The position numbers were made by a program, and so were the translations under genes. Positions 37,332 through 46,850 of a DNA stretch of 64,000 nt are shown piece by piece. The stretch spans positions 32,001 to 96,000 of the IMG/VR virus record IMGVR_UViG_3300042545_001167; one strand, given 5' to 3'. Below the pieces are notes generated by a model. That model did no database searches and had not been told where the DNA came from. It was given only the letters and a program-made list of their open reading frames with translations. Positions within the stretch are counted from its first letter, which is position 1; the number at the start of each line of letters is the position of its first letter. The stretch comes from a virus.

Positions 37332-37658
37332 TTAGCGTTCAATATAACTCAGAGTATGATTCTGAGCATAAAGTTGTTGGATAATGATGTCACAACCAAT
37401 CTTAGGATTGCAATCACCACAAGTGTAGACATCAACTGCTGCTTTACCTTCTTCAGGCCAAGTATGAATTGAGATATGACTTTCTGAAAGCAAACAAATA
37501 ACGGTGACTCCTTGTGGTTCAAACTTCTTTGAGATAGTCTGAATCACAGTAGCACCGCTTGCAACTGCTGCGTTTTCTAGTAAGTCTATAAGACAACGCT
37601 CGTTATCCAAAAGGACAAACGAGCATCCGTACAAGTTAAGTAAGTAATGCTTCCCCAT
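37332..37658 (-). CDS. speD: S-adenosylmethionine decarboxylase proenzyme
   Basis: GKH...FEPQGVT...LSESHISIHTWPE...AAVDVYTCG. Confidence 0.92.
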   Translation of the reverse strand: MGKHYLLNLYGCSFVLLDNERCLIDLLENAAVASGATVIQTISKKFEPQGVTVICLLSESHISIHTWPEEGKAAVDVYTCGDCNPKIGCDIIIQQLYAQNHTLSYIER

Positions 37659-37662
37659 CAGA

Positions 37663-37848
37663 CTATGGATTCTCCTCTGCTTCTTTAATTAGTTCACTCA
37701 CATATGTCTCAGTTCCATCCATAGTCCTAACTGTAAACAGAGGAGACTTCATATATTTTTTGACTTTTTTATACTTCTTCAGTAATTTTTTAACTTCATC
37801 TTTATAGATTGATACTTCAATCTTTTCTTCACTAAAACCTTCACTCAT
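37663..37848 (-). CDS. Hypothetical protein
   Basis: Tightly packed co-oriented ORF. Confidence 0.55.
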   Translation of the reverse strand: MSEGFSEEKIEVSIYKDEVKKLLKKYKKVKKYMKSPLFTVRTMDGTETYVSELIKEAEENP

Positions 37849-38213
37849 TTTCTTTTCTTTTTTTCTTCAGGTGCTTTGTAACCCCATAGTTTGGGATTAA
37901 CTCTTCCATAACCAAAGTCAATTTTTTGAATAGAACCTGGACCATATTTGTCATAGTACATATCAAAAAGACTTACTTTTTTCGCTGCACGACAAAGATC
38001 AATACATTCTTTACCATCAACAACATACCAAACTAGATATGCATCGCTGGGAAAAGAAGCATCTTTTGTTTTTTCAATTGCAGTTTTTTCTAAAAGAATC
38101 TCACAACCATACTGAGAAGGAACAATATAATTTTCATTTACCTTATCCAATTGTTGCTCCTCCTGTTCATTTCTTACAACATTACGAAGTCTGCTCACGA
38201 ACGACCACCCCAA
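37845..38213 (-). CDS. Hypothetical protein (start uncertain)
   Basis: FDMYYDKYG...GYGRVNPKLWG. Confidence 0.65.
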   Translation of the reverse strand: MGWSFVSRLRNVVRNEQEEQQLDKVNENYIVPSQYGCEILLEKTAIEKTKDASFPSDAYLVWYVVDGKECIDLCRAAKKVSLFDMYYDKYGPGSIQKIDFGYGRVNPKLWGYKAPEEKKKRK

Positions 38214-38773
38214 GTAATTTCAGGATATGCACTCTTTACAATTTCATGATTGATTTTATATTTATCAACAAGTCTTCCATCTTTAACAAGAATCAAAAGT
38301 TCTGCTTCTTTCGGATGAAGACCCTGAAGAAGATTGATAAACATCATCTCTCTACGAATAGTAGAAAGTGTATTATTACCACCCTTTACATAGTGATAAA
38401 GATTTTGATATTCTTTACGCAAAGAAGTGCGTCCCCTACCATCTAAATCTTGTCCAGTAGCAGATTCGCCACCAACTGCTTCTCTAGATAGATTTTGTGA
38501 CAGAGTTCCAGAATATACATTCTGATCCTTTAGGTCTCCATAAGGAACATCTCCTTCAGGAAGAAGAGAGATTACAGTATCATCAAAATTCCAAATAAAA
38601 ATAGTCTTAAGAGAATCGTGTTCGTAGGTTTTAAGAACCTCAATTTTCTTTTCTGTAGAACGTTGCTTAGAAGCAAGTTCTAGAATTTCAAAAACAAATG
38701 GATTGGAAGGAAGACTGTCAATAGGTTTTTCAGTCGTCTTCTTCGTCTTCGTCGTAGTCATAGTCATTCTCAA
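38195..38773 (-). CDS. Conserved T4-like hypothetical protein
   Basis: LPEGDVPY, RREMMFINLLQGLHPKEAELL. Confidence 0.7.
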   Translation of the reverse strand: MRMTMTTTKTKKTTEKPIDSLPSNPFVFEILELASKQRSTEKKIEVLKTYEHDSLKTIFIWNFDDTVISLLPEGDVPYGDLKDQNVYSGTLSQNLSREAVGGESATGQDLDGRGRTSLRKEYQNLYHYVKGGNNTLSTIRREMMFINLLQGLHPKEAELLILVKDGRLVDKYKINHEIVKSAYPEITWGGRS

Positions 38774-38960
38774 ATCGTACTGCTAAAATTTCATCAGGAA
38801 TAATATTCCCATTTTCATCAAACATCTCTGGATGTGTGTTTAGTGAAGCAATATAATTTCTTTCATAGAAATGTTGCTTTGCCATCCATCCTAACATACC
38901 ACCAACAAAAAAGAACATTATTGAAACTAATGTGCCGATGGTTAGAGTTACTGCTAACAT
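38730..38960 (-). CDS. Small membrane protein
   Basis: N-terminal TM helix, HPEMFDENGN. Confidence 0.65.
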   Translation of the reverse strand: MLAVTLTIGTLVSIMFFFVGGMLGWMAKQHFYERNYIASLNTHPEMFDENGNIIPDEILAVRFENDYDYDEDEEDD

Positions 38961-38978
38961 TTTTCTTTCTCCAGAGAG

Positions 38979-39221
38979 TTATTTTTTTCTAATATCGAAG
39001 TGAAATTCAATGAAGAAATGAAACTCTCTACGAAAGAGAGAAATCATTTTACCAAACTTCACTTGAAAAGTTTTTGGCTTTGATGACTCTCTCTTCCTCC
39101 TATTCCTAAGTAACAGTTCAACACCCCGATTAATCTGGGGTTCTGGTTTATTTAGTTTGTTTTTTCCTTCTTCCCGGTCGTTTATCATAATTATATTTCC
39201 AAGCGTCTTCAAGAATTGCAT
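38979..39221 (-). CDS. Hypothetical protein (start uncertain)
   Basis: NRGVELLLRNRR...SLFRREFHF. Confidence 0.5.
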   Translation of the reverse strand: MQFLKTLGNIIMINDREEGKNKLNKPEPQINRGVELLLRNRRKRESSKPKTFQVKFGKMISLFRREFHFFIEFHFDIRKK

Positions 39222-39507
39222 AAAGATAATTTCTTATCTTTCTTGCTTGCGGTTTTGGAATATGACCATAACCTTCACGCAATTGTTTATGTATTTCATC
39301 AGCACCACCTTCTAGGTATTCGTCCAGATCCATAACAAGATTACTAATCTCACTTGCGGTGGCACTTTCAATAAACTCTTCTACCTCACGCCTAAGTGTT
39401 CCACGAATTTTTAAGTAATCATAAAACTTCAAAACAAATTGTCCATTGAAAGCAAGATCGATTGCCTTTTCAACATCAAAATAAACTTCGTGAAAAGTAG
39501 ATTCCAT
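39148..39507 (-). CDS. Hypothetical protein
   Basis: LREGYGHIPKPQARKI. Confidence 0.7.
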   Translation of the reverse strand: MESTFHEVYFDVEKAIDLAFNGQFVLKFYDYLKIRGTLRREVEEFIESATASEISNLVMDLDEYLEGGADEIHKQLREGYGHIPKPQARKIRNYLYAILEDAWKYNYDKRPGRRKKQTK

Positions 39508-39746
39508 TAGACTAGATTTTGCTCCTTAAGATATTGAACAGTGTCTGTACATCCACCAAGATGTGTTTGATCATTCAGGATAACTTGAGGAAATGTAGAA
39601 CCTTCTCCAAATTCAGAATAAAATCCTTCACGATCAAAATTAGTCCCTAGGGTATAAACTACATGCTCAAGATTTGCCAACTCTAACACCTGCTTAATTT
39701 TGCTGCAATAGGGGCAACCGTCTTTTGAATAAACTGTAAATTTCAT
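39507..39746 (-). CDS. Glutaredoxin
   Basis: CPYC, TFPQV, GGCTD. Confidence 0.92.
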   Translation of the reverse strand: MKFTVYSKDGCPYCSKIKQVLELANLEHVVYTLGTNFDREGFYSEFGEGSTFPQVILNDQTHLGGCTDTVQYLKEQNLV

Positions 39747-39769
39747 GATTGTTAAGTATATAAGATAAT

Positions 39770-40057
39770 TTATACGATTACAGGTTCTGCCATACTTTCG
39801 GGCAAAACATTTTGTGCTTCAAGTTGTTTATCATCTTCCATTCTTGTTGATGGAATATTTACAACTTGATCAAGAAGAATTTTAACTTGCTTGTAAGTCC
39901 TCCCCTCTGCAAAAGATACCATCAGCATGGCATCATGAATTGTTGCAGTATCACAAATTTTCTTACCATTCCTATCAAAGACTGAATAGTGATCAGTATA
40001 TTCAATCTGTTGAAGTTTTTGTATCTGATTCATTTGATGTAGATGGTGGCTTCTCAT
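39770..40057 (-). CDS. Hypothetical protein (may start at 40033)
   Basis: Co-oriented ORF. Confidence 0.55.
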   Translation of the reverse strand: MRSHHLHQMNQIQKLQQIEYTDHYSVFDRNGKKICDTATIHDAMLMVSFAEGRTYKQVKILLDQVVNIPSTRMEDDKQLEAQNVLPESMAEPVIV

Positions 40058-40145
40058 TATAGGTCTTTTTTGGCATATTGTAAAGACCAGGCCAAGTGTC
40101 TCTAATAATTTCTGCGAGTTTGTATGGAGTTGTTGAATTTATCAT
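40002..40145 (-). CDS. Small hypothetical protein (47 aa, MINSTTPYKLAEIIRDTWPGLY...)
   Basis: Read manually; ATGA-coupled to the HNH stop codon. Confidence 0.55.
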   Translation of the reverse strand: MINSTTPYKLAEIIRDTWPGLYNMPKKTYNEKPPSTSNESDTKTSTD

Positions 40146-40513
40146 GAAGCATTATTCCTTCTTGGGCGATAACTATAAAGATTTGTGGGTTTTGGTGGTT
40201 TCATCCAGTCCTCTATTTTATCCAAACTATCTTCATTATAGAAGTCTTGTTGGACATACCACAACTTCCAATATTCATGTCCTTTGGATTGATTGCAAGA
40301 ATGACAACAGCATACCACATTTCTTGTAATATCTAAACCACCTTTTGATTGTGGAACAACGTGGTCTAATGTTAGATTTTCTTCAGAGTTGCAGTAAGCA
40401 CATTTATGATTCCAACTTTCTTTTATGTGTTTTCTCCATAATCGTTTTGCTTCAGATGAACTTGTTGTCTGCAAATTAAACAAGTATTCTTGAGGCGACT
40501 GGAGAATATCCAT
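40142..40513 (-). CDS. HNH endonuclease
   Basis: CAYC...LTLDHVVPQSKGG...NVVCCCHSCNQSKG; AATAAATA late-promoter-like motif at 40534-40541. Confidence 0.88.
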   Translation of the reverse strand: MDILQSPQEYLFNLQTTSSSEAKRLWRKHIKESWNHKCAYCNSEENLTLDHVVPQSKGGLDITRNVVCCCHSCNQSKGHEYWKLWYVQQDFYNEDSLDKIEDWMKPPKPTNLYSYRPRRNNAS

Positions 40514-40541
40514 AAGTACCTGCGACTTGTGAATATTTATT

Positions 40542-41585
40542 TCACCTAACGTGGTGTCCTCCAAACATATAACGCATTCCGTTCAGGATTTTTGCTCCGA
40601 AGGATCCGAGATTGCGTGAGTTAAATCTTTCAAATAGTGCAGTAGTAATGACAGGAGCGGGAACCCCCAAATCCACAGCGGCAGAAACAGTCCAACGACC
40701 CTCACCGCTGTCGGATACGCCTCCAGAGAACTGTTTAAGGCTACCATCCCTGCGTAGCACATCAGCAGTAAGGTCAAGTAACCAAGACCCAACCACGCTA
40801 CCACGACGCCATAACTCAGCAACCTCAGCAACATCAATATCATAGCAATAGGATTCTGGGTCTGCCATAGGGGCAACCTCTGCATCACCTTCTCTAACAT
40901 ACTGAGCACCTGCATTAGCGTTCTTGATGATGTTAAATCCTTCTGCGTATGCTTGCATAATACCATACTCAATACCATTATGCACCATCTTTACAAAGTG
41001 TCCTGCACCTGGACCACCACAATGCAACCATCCATATTCAGCAGAAGTTATGTCTGAGTCAAACTGAGTCCTGGGGGCAGCATTGATTCCTGGGGAGAGT
41101 GCGTCAAAAATGCGCGAACAAGTGGAGACTGCAGTATTTCCACCTCCAACCATAAGACAGTATCCACGATCCAAACCATAAACACCACCGCTAGTGCCAC
41201 AATCAATATATTGGATACCAAGTTTTGCCAAGCGTTCTGCTCTCTTCCGACTGTCCTTAAAATTGCTATTGCCATGATCAATAATAATATCTCCTTCGTC
41301 ACAATATCGTAGTAACTCATTGATTGTCTCCTCTACTGTTTCTGCAGGCACAACCATCATGAAGATGCCTGGACCATATTTGTCTGATACTCCGCTCTGA
41401 GTATGTTTTACTACTTGAGCAAGGCTTTGTATAGAAGTTGTAACACCGTTAACATATCCGTTTTCGTATGCTTCTTGCGCTTTTTCATAGTTCCTACGAT
41501 AACCCCAAACTTCTATTCCTGCCTTCATCATACGACGGGACATACCTTCACCCATTCGTCCCAGTCCAATCAATCCAACTCTCAT
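40542..41585 (-). CDS. gnd: 6-phosphogluconate dehydrogenase
   Basis: GLGRMG, DHGNS, SGG, GAGHFVKMVHNGIEY, DSGEGRWT, FGGH. Confidence 0.95.
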   Translation of the reverse strand: MRVGLIGLGRMGEGMSRRMMKAGIEVWGYRRNYEKAQEAYENGYVNGVTTSIQSLAQVVKHTQSGVSDKYGPGIFMMVVPAETVEETINELLRYCDEGDIIIDHGNSNFKDSRKRAERLAKLGIQYIDCGTSGGVYGLDRGYCLMVGGGNTAVSTCSRIFDALSPGINAAPRTQFDSDITSAEYGWLHCGGPGAGHFVKMVHNGIEYGIMQAYAEGFNIIKNANAGAQYVREGDAEVAPMADPESYCYDIDVAEVAELWRRGSVVGSWLLDLTADVLRRDGSLKQFSGGVSDSGEGRWTVSAAVDLGVPAPVITTALFERFNSRNLGSFGAKILNGMRYMFGGHHVR

Positions 41586-41788
41586 TTTTCCCAATCCTCG
41601 TAAATTTTTCTAAAATAAACATCAACTTTTGACAAACTATCTAAATGAATATCACAAACATAATTATGATCATCACACCACTGAAGTGCAATCTCATGAA
41701 ACTTTTCTTCACTTATAACTCTTTTAACACCATACAATCTGGAGAACGATGACATCACAAAATGCCAACATTGATCTTCAGATTTCAT
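41582..41788 (-). CDS. Hypothetical protein
   Basis: 68-aa ORF coupled between talC and gnd. Confidence 0.6.
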   Translation of the reverse strand: MKSEDQCWHFVMSSFSRLYGVKRVISEEKFHEIALQWCDDHNYVCDIHLDSLSKVDVYFRKIYEDWEK

Positions 41789-42443
41789 CTTTCTTATCTA
41801 AAACAGATTCCCAATCCTTCTGAAAAAGTTCTAGACCCTTATCAGTCATAATGTTCTTATACATTGCCCAGAATACAACGGGAGGAATTGTAACCACATC
41901 AGCACCAGCAAGAGCAGATTGTTCTACCTGCCTTACATCACGAAGAGATGCTGCAAGAATTTGTGTAGATGTTCCTGAGTAATCAAATGCCTTACGAATG
42001 TTTTTGATGAGTTCAATTCCATCTACAGAATTGTCCATCCAACGACCAACGAAAGGTGAGATGAATGTTGCTCCTGCTTTAGATGCAAGAATTGCCTGTG
42101 CCACTGAGAACACAAGAGTTACATTAACTTTAATTCCTTTATCGGAAAGTGTCTTACAAACCTTAAGTCCCTCTACAGTACAAGGAACTTTGATTGTAAC
42201 TGGAGGAGCAATTGTGTAATAATTTTGTGCTTGGGAAAGCATTTCTTCTGCGGTATCAGCAACAACTTCTGCAGAAATACTTTCTAGTTTTGAAAAAGAA
42301 TTTGATATTTCTTCAATAACTTCTTGAAGTTGTCTACCACTTTTAAGAATCAAAGTGGGATTTGTAGTAACTCCATCTAATAGTCCAGTCTCATATGCTG
42401 GACTAATCATTGAAACATCTGCGGTATCTAAAAAGATCTTCAT
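41778..42443 (-). CDS. talC: Transaldolase (TalC/FSA type)
   Basis: IFLDTA, GVTTNPTL, IKVP, NVTLVFS, SPFVGR, LAASLR. Confidence 0.95.
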   Translation of the reverse strand: MKIFLDTADVSMISPAYETGLLDGVTTNPTLILKSGRQLQEVIEEISNSFSKLESISAEVVADTAEEMLSQAQNYYTIAPPVTIKVPCTVEGLKVCKTLSDKGIKVNVTLVFSVAQAILASKAGATFISPFVGRWMDNSVDGIELIKNIRKAFDYSGTSTQILAASLRDVRQVEQSALAGADVVTIPPVVFWAMYKNIMTDKGLELFQKDWESVLDKKDEI

Positions 42444-42521
42444 AAAAAAGTAAGAACTCATAAGTAATTATACGGAGTTCTTTCTAAGGTGTCAGATTTT
42501 GTTATGAATTAAAGACATAAT

Positions 42522-42543
42522 AAAAAAGACCCCGAAGGGTCTT
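42522..42543 (-). terminator. Terminator after psbD
   Basis: AGACCC-TTCG-GGGTCT followed by a T-run. Confidence 0.85.
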
Positions 42544-42549
42544 ATAAAA

Positions 42550-43611
42550 TCAAAGAGCATTTCCTCTAGGAAGAACTTCCTCAGGAAACACAAAGTTTTC
42601 GTGAGGTTGATCTGCGGGTGCCATCCAAGCACGTAAACCTTCATTCAGAAGAATGTTCTTCGTGTAGAAGGTTTCAAACTCAGGGTCCTCTGCTGCACGA
42701 ATCTCCTGACTTACAAAGTCGTAAGCACGAAGATTAAGAGCCAAACCAATAATACCAATGCTACTAGTCCATAACCCCATGACAGGTACAAACAGCATGA
42801 AAAAATGAAGCCAACGCTTATTACTAAAAGCAATGCCGAAAATCTGTGACCAAAAACGATTTGCTGTAACCATTGAATAGGTTTCTTCTTCCTGGGTCGG
42901 TTCAAACGCTTTGAATGTATTTGCTTGCTCACTATCTTCAAATAGAGTGTTTTCTACAGTTGCTCCATGAATGGCACAGAGAAGTGCTCCACCCAGTATA
43001 CCAGCAACTCCCATCATATGAAAGGGGTTAAGAGTCCAGTTGTGGAAACCTTGTAGGAACAGCAGGAAGCGGAAGATAGCAGCGACACCAAATGAAGGTG
43101 CAAAGAACCAACTGGATTGCCCCAGAGGATACATTAAGAATACAGAAACAAATACTGCGATAGGACCAGAGAATGCGATTGCATTATAAGGTCTGATACC
43201 TACCAGACGAGCAATCTCAAACTGACGAAGCATGAATCCAATCAGACTAAAGGCCCCGTGGAGTGCCACAAAAGTCCAGAGTCCCCCAAGTTGGACCCAG
43301 CGGACGAAATCCCCCTGAGACTCAGGACCCCAAAGTAGAAGAAGAGAATGACCCATAGCGTCAGCAGGCGTTGACACAGCTGCTGTGAGGAAATTAGCGC
43401 CCTCAAGGTAACTAGACGCCAACCCGTGGGTGTACCAACTAGTAACAAACGTTGTGCCAGTAAGCCAGCCACCAAGCGCCAGATAAGCAGTGGGAAAAAG
43501 AAGTAATCCAGACCAACCAACAAAGACAAAGCGATCTCGTTTAAGCCAGTCATCCAGGACATCAAACCATCCTCGTTGTGAAATAGGTTGTGAAAGTGTT
43601 GAAGAAGTCAT
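42550..43611 (-). CDS. psbD: Photosystem II D2 protein
   Basis: [22 protein letters not shown]...[10 protein letters not shown]; uninterrupted. Confidence 0.98.
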   Translation of the reverse strand: MTSSTLSQPISQRGWFDVLDDWLKRDRFVFVGWSGLLLFPTAYLALGGWLTGTTFVTSWYTHGLASSYLEGANFLTAAVSTPADAMGHSLLLLWGPESQGDFVRWVQLGGLWTFVALHGAFSLIGFMLRQFEIARLVGIRPYNAIAFSGPIAVFVSVFLMYPLGQSSWFFAPSFGVAAIFRFLLFLQGFHNWTLNPFHMMGVAGILGGALLCAIHGATVENTLFEDSEQANTFKAFEPTQEEETYSMVTANRFWSQIFGIAFSNKRWLHFFMLFVPVMGLWTSSIGIIGLALNLRAYDFVSQEIRAAEDPEFETFYTKNILLNEGLRAWMAPADQPHENFVFPEEVLPRGNAL

Positions 43612-43678
43612 AACCTCATATGTATTTCTCATATTTATCTTAACATAAGTTAACAAAGGGGTCAATGAGTGATTCTAC

Positions 43679-43798
43679 TCATTCATAAATCATCCCAACA
43701 GTCAGTAAGACAAAGCAGAGTATGGTGAATACCATCATACCTACACCTGCCCAGATCACCCAGTTAGGCATAGGTTCGTGTTGAGTATTATGAGACAT
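43679..43798 (-). CDS. Small single-TM protein (39 aa, MSHNTQHEPMPNWVIWAGVGMMVFTILCFVLLTVGMIYE)
   Basis: Read manually; overlaps the endonuclease stop. Confidence 0.5.
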   Translation of the reverse strand: MSHNTQHEPMPNWVIWAGVGMMVFTILCFVLLTVGMIYE

Positions 43799-44222
43799 TG
43801 AGATATTGAATCATTTTTTGTAAGGTATCTATATTATCTCCTACAAGACCCAATGCGGTATTGCAATGATGACAAAGTAGTTTTCTTACTTTACCAGTAT
43901 TGTGGCAGTGGTCTACAACAAAATAATTGCTCGTATGTCTACCACCAGGTTCAGTTGTTTTGCAAATAGCACACTGATTATTTTGTTCTGCAAGCATTAC
44001 ATCATAATCTTTCTGGGTGATACCATACATTCTTTTAAGTGCTTGTTCTCTTTTTATGATAGATGGAGTTGCAGAAACTCTTTTTTTAGTGCATTCTTTA
44101 CAATGGTTATGTCTGGTGTTTGGCGATTGCTTTCCACCTCTTTTATAAAACTCTACAATATCTTTTGTCATCCCGCACTTGGTGCAAGTTTTAGTTCCAG
44201 TAGTTTGAGTAGGTCTAGACAT
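43788..44222 (-). CDS. Endonuclease VII-like free-standing homing endonuclease (F-CphI-like)
   Basis: CTKC/CKEC Zn knuckle, YGIT..DY..ML..Q...CAIC, VDHCH.TGKVR.LLC..CN..LG; directly downstream of psbA. Confidence 0.8.
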   Translation of the reverse strand: MSRPTQTTGTKTCTKCGMTKDIVEFYKRGGKQSPNTRHNHCKECTKKRVSATPSIIKREQALKRMYGITQKDYDVMLAEQNNQCAICKTTEPGGRHTSNYFVVDHCHNTGKVRKLLCHHCNTALGLVGDNIDTLQKMIQYLNVS

Positions 44223-44254
44223 TCGTGTATTATATTCGTGTATTATTATATATG

Positions 44255-44281
44255 AAAAAAGGGACTTTTGCAAGTCCCTTT
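44255..44281 (-). terminator. Terminator after psbA
   Basis: GGGACTT-GCAA-AAGTCCC followed by T6. Confidence 0.85.
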
Positions 44282-44305
44282 GAGTATTATTCAGTTTTAG
44301 GAAAC

Positions 44306-45388
44306 TCAACCAATGGAAGGAGCAGTCAGAGCAACAGGAGTTGCTTCGGCAGCAGCGAGGTCCAGAGGAAAATTGTGAGCATTCCTTTCATGCATAACTT
44401 CCATGCCCAGTCCAGCACGGTTGAGAACATCAGCCCAGGTGTTAACTACACGGTTCTGACTATCAACGATTGATTGGTTAAAGTTGAAACCATTCAAGTT
44501 AAATGCCATCGTAGAAACACCAAGAGCAGTGAACCAGATGCCAACTACAGGCCAAGCAGCAAGGAAGAAGTGCAGCGAACGTGAGTTATTAAAGGAAGCA
44601 TATTGGAAGATAAGGCGACCAAAGTAACCGTGAGCAGCTACAATGTTGTAGGTCTCTTCTTCTTGTCCGAACTTGTAACCGTAGTTCTGTGACTCATTTT
44701 CTGTAGTCTCACGTACAAGACTAGAGGTGACAAGAGATCCGTGCATAGCAGAGAAAAGAGAACCACCGAAGACACCAGCAACTCCCAACATGTGGAAAGG
44801 ATGCATAAGAATGTTGTGTTCTGCCTGGAAAACAAGCATGTAGTTGAAAGTTCCCGAAATCCCCAGAGGCATTGCATCAGAGAAGGATCCTTGACCGAAG
44901 GGATAGACCAGGAACACTGCAGAAGCAGCAGCAACGGGTGCAGAGTAGGCAACACAAATCCAAGGACGCATACCAAGTCGGTAAGAAAGTTCCCATTCGC
45001 GTCCCATGTAAGCATAGATGCCAATCAGAAAGTGGAATACGACCAGTTGGAAAGGTCCACCATTATATAGCCATTCATCAAGAGAAGCAGCTTCCCAGAT
45101 GGGATAGAAGTGAAGTCCGATTGCATTAGAAGAAGGAATAACAGCACCAGAGATGATGTTGTTTCCGTACATGAGTGAACCAGCAACGGGTTCACGGATA
45201 CCATCAATGTCCACAGGGGGAGCACCAATGAATGCAATGATGAAACAAGTAGCAGCAGCAAGCAGCGTTGGAATCATCAGAACACCGAACCAACCAACAT
45301 AAAGACGGTTATCGGTTGAAGTAATCCAGGAACAGAATTGTTCCCAAAGGTTTTCGCCAGAACGGCGTGAAGCGATTGAAGCAGTCAT
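44306..45388 (-). CDS. psbA: Photosystem II D1 protein
   Basis: [14 protein letters not shown]...[13 protein letters not shown]; 360 aa, no intron. Confidence 0.98.
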   Translation of the reverse strand: MTASIASRRSGENLWEQFCSWITSTDNRLYVGWFGVLMIPTLLAAATCFIIAFIGAPPVDIDGIREPVAGSLMYGNNIISGAVIPSSNAIGLHFYPIWEAASLDEWLYNGGPFQLVVFHFLIGIYAYMGREWELSYRLGMRPWICVAYSAPVAAASAVFLVYPFGQGSFSDAMPLGISGTFNYMLVFQAEHNILMHPFHMLGVAGVFGGSLFSAMHGSLVTSSLVRETTENESQNYGYKFGQEEETYNIVAAHGYFGRLIFQYASFNNSRSLHFFLAAWPVVGIWFTALGVSTMAFNLNGFNFNQSIVDSQNRVVNTWADVLNRAGLGMEVMHERNAHNFPLDLAAAEATPVALTAPSIG

Positions 45389-45512
45389 TTGTTTAAAAGG
45401 GTAAGTAAAAGTCCAGGGGGGACTGGATGGTTACAGTATATCCCACAACACCCTCCATTGTGGGTATGAGAGACGTTTTTATACACCCCATAGGTCTCGG
45501 TTAGTGGGTGTT
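45389..45512 (-). ncRNA. Structured psbA leader, PhotoRC-II-like RNA motif
   Basis: ACACCC/GGGTGT stem whose loop GAGAC can pair with downstream GTCTC (pseudoknot), followed by a CCCACAA/TTGTGGG hairpin, directly 5' of psbA. Confidence 0.65.
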
Positions 45513-45556
45513 TGTCAATGTTAAGAATTATGAGAATTCCGTAACATTTGTTTACC

Positions 45557-45590
45557 TATTTATCATAACACTGTTAGCAAATACTGTCAA
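45557..45590 (-). promoter_or_regulatory. psbA promoter: sigma70 site overlapped by a late-type motif
   Basis: TTGACA-N17-TATGAT, with GATAAATA overlapping the -10. Confidence 0.75.
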
Positions 45591-45669
45591 GAGGTCCAAT
45601 TTCCTAGGTGGCACACGATAAATAAGAACCATTTTTCATAAATATTCTTATACCATTCGGAGTAATGCA

Positions 45670-45783
45670 GTGGCAAAATCTGCAAACAAAGGTAAGAAAG
45701 GATCTGCTGGTGGTAAGCAATCTAAACAAAACCAAGGTAATGCGACTGCGAAGAAAGCAAAAAACGGTGGTAAGAAAAAGTGA
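45670..45783 (+). CDS. Small Lys/Gly-rich basic peptide (37 aa, MAKSANKGKKGSAGGKQSKQNQGNATAKKAKNGGKKK)
   Basis: GTG start with GGAG upstream; two ATAAATA late motifs at 45618 and 45638. Confidence 0.55.
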   Translation: MAKSANKGKKGSAGGKQSKQNQGNATAKKAKNGGKKK

Positions 45784-45789
45784 GGATGT

Positions 45790-45981
45790 ATGCCAAGAGA
45801 GTGGAATACTCCCAAACGTGAGTGTTGGAATGCTCCGATTCATAACATTCTAAAAGCAATAGACAATCACACTCAAGAATACTTCAAGAGTGGTGATGTT
45901 TGGCATCTAGAAAAAGCAGATATGCTAAGGAAATATCTACACGAACTTAAGACTTGGATACATAAAGAAGAAGGAAGATGA
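45790..45981 (+). CDS. Hypothetical protein
   Basis: GAGG Shine-Dalgarno; 63 aa. Confidence 0.65.
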   Translation: MPREWNTPKRECWNAPIHNILKAIDNHTQEYFKSGDVWHLEKADMLRKYLHELKTWIHKEEGR

Positions 45982-46044
45982 AAAAATTATTCTTAATTGG
46001 TCTATTAATTATAAGATTGATTACCAATGATGGAGTATTTTTAA

Positions 46045-46365
46045 ATGCCAGAAGAATACCACCAAGAAAACAATTCCCCGAAATCATCAGATTCATCAGA
46101 AGACCAGCCAAAAAAGGTAGGAAAAAATTTTCGTACTTTAGATAAACTTATTGCGTCTTTAGTGATATGTACCTTAGGATATATTGGAGTTACTTTTTTA
46201 AATTGTAACTTTATGGTTCCAGGTTCACTGGAAAGAGCAGATGCTTTAGGTGGTTTAGTAAATCCCCCACCATTAGATTGCAAAGAATCTGAAAGTAGAG
46301 CATACAATGCATTGTTTACTCTACTCACTGCTCTGTTAGGTCTTAAAGCGAAGATGGAAGATTAA
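46045..46365 (+). CDS. Small membrane protein next to the endolysin (possible lysis accessory)
   Basis: Two hydrophobic segments; convergent with the lysozyme. Confidence 0.45.
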   Translation: MPEEYHQENNSPKSSDSSEDQPKKVGKNFRTLDKLIASLVICTLGYIGVTFLNCNFMVPGSLERADALGGLVNPPPLDCKESESRAYNALFTLLTALLGLKAKMED

Positions 46366-46850
46366 GATACCCAGAGGTTCCCTTCCGCTTTTCTGCGTCT
46401 CGCTAATCCTGCCTCTACATTGCTACCAGGATTGCGGTAGAGATATAAAGCATCTGGAACTAAATTCCACTCTTTATTCTTCAATCTGCTCGTGATAGTA
46501 TTAAACCCACCAGCACCATAGAAATCAGCACCGAGATTGTAAGCAAAACTGAGAAGTGCTCCACGTTGATTATCATTCATTTCATTCCAATAAGGTATCT
46601 TTTGCAAAGAGGGTAGAAATCTATTTTCAACATCAAATAGCAATAAACTATCAGCATATTTTTGAGTAATAGTTCTTCCCATCTTAAAATAAGAACCATT
46701 AAAATCTCTAGTGCTTCCCCATCCTATTGTGATAGGAGGACCGCCAGTTTTTGGATCTGGATAGGCATTTAAATGACATCCCTCAAATTCTTTGATTAAA
46801 TCAACACCACATTGAGGGACTTTTAACTGTGATGTTGATTCTACTTTTTT
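46362..46850 (-). CDS. GH24 lysozyme domain with no own start upstream of the catalytic residues; predicted -1 frameshift extension of the upstream gene
   Basis: LIKEFEGCHLNAYPDP...ITIGWGST lies upstream of the first ATG (46682); ALLSFAYNLG, GLARRRKAE. Confidence 0.85.
   Translation of the reverse strand, partial: KKVESTSQLKVPQCGVDLIKEFEGCHLNAYPDPKTGGPPITIGWGSTRDFNGSYFKMGRTITQKYADSLLLFDVENRFLPSLQKIPYWNEMNDNQRGALLSFAYNLGADFYGAGGFNTITSRLKNKEWNLVPDALYLYRNPGSNVEAGLARRRKAEGNLWVS

Noticed and set aside
40065-40071. Second in-frame A_AAA_AAG heptamer in the 47-aa ORF
   Set aside because: The -1 frame hits TAA after two codons, and no 3' stimulatory structure is evident.
42550-45388. Group I introns in psbA or psbD
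   Set aside because: Both reading frames are full-length and uninterrupted.
46362-46682. Stand-alone 106-aa lysozyme as given in the ORF track
   Set aside because: It would lack the catalytic Glu/Asp/Thr region encoded upstream in the same frame.
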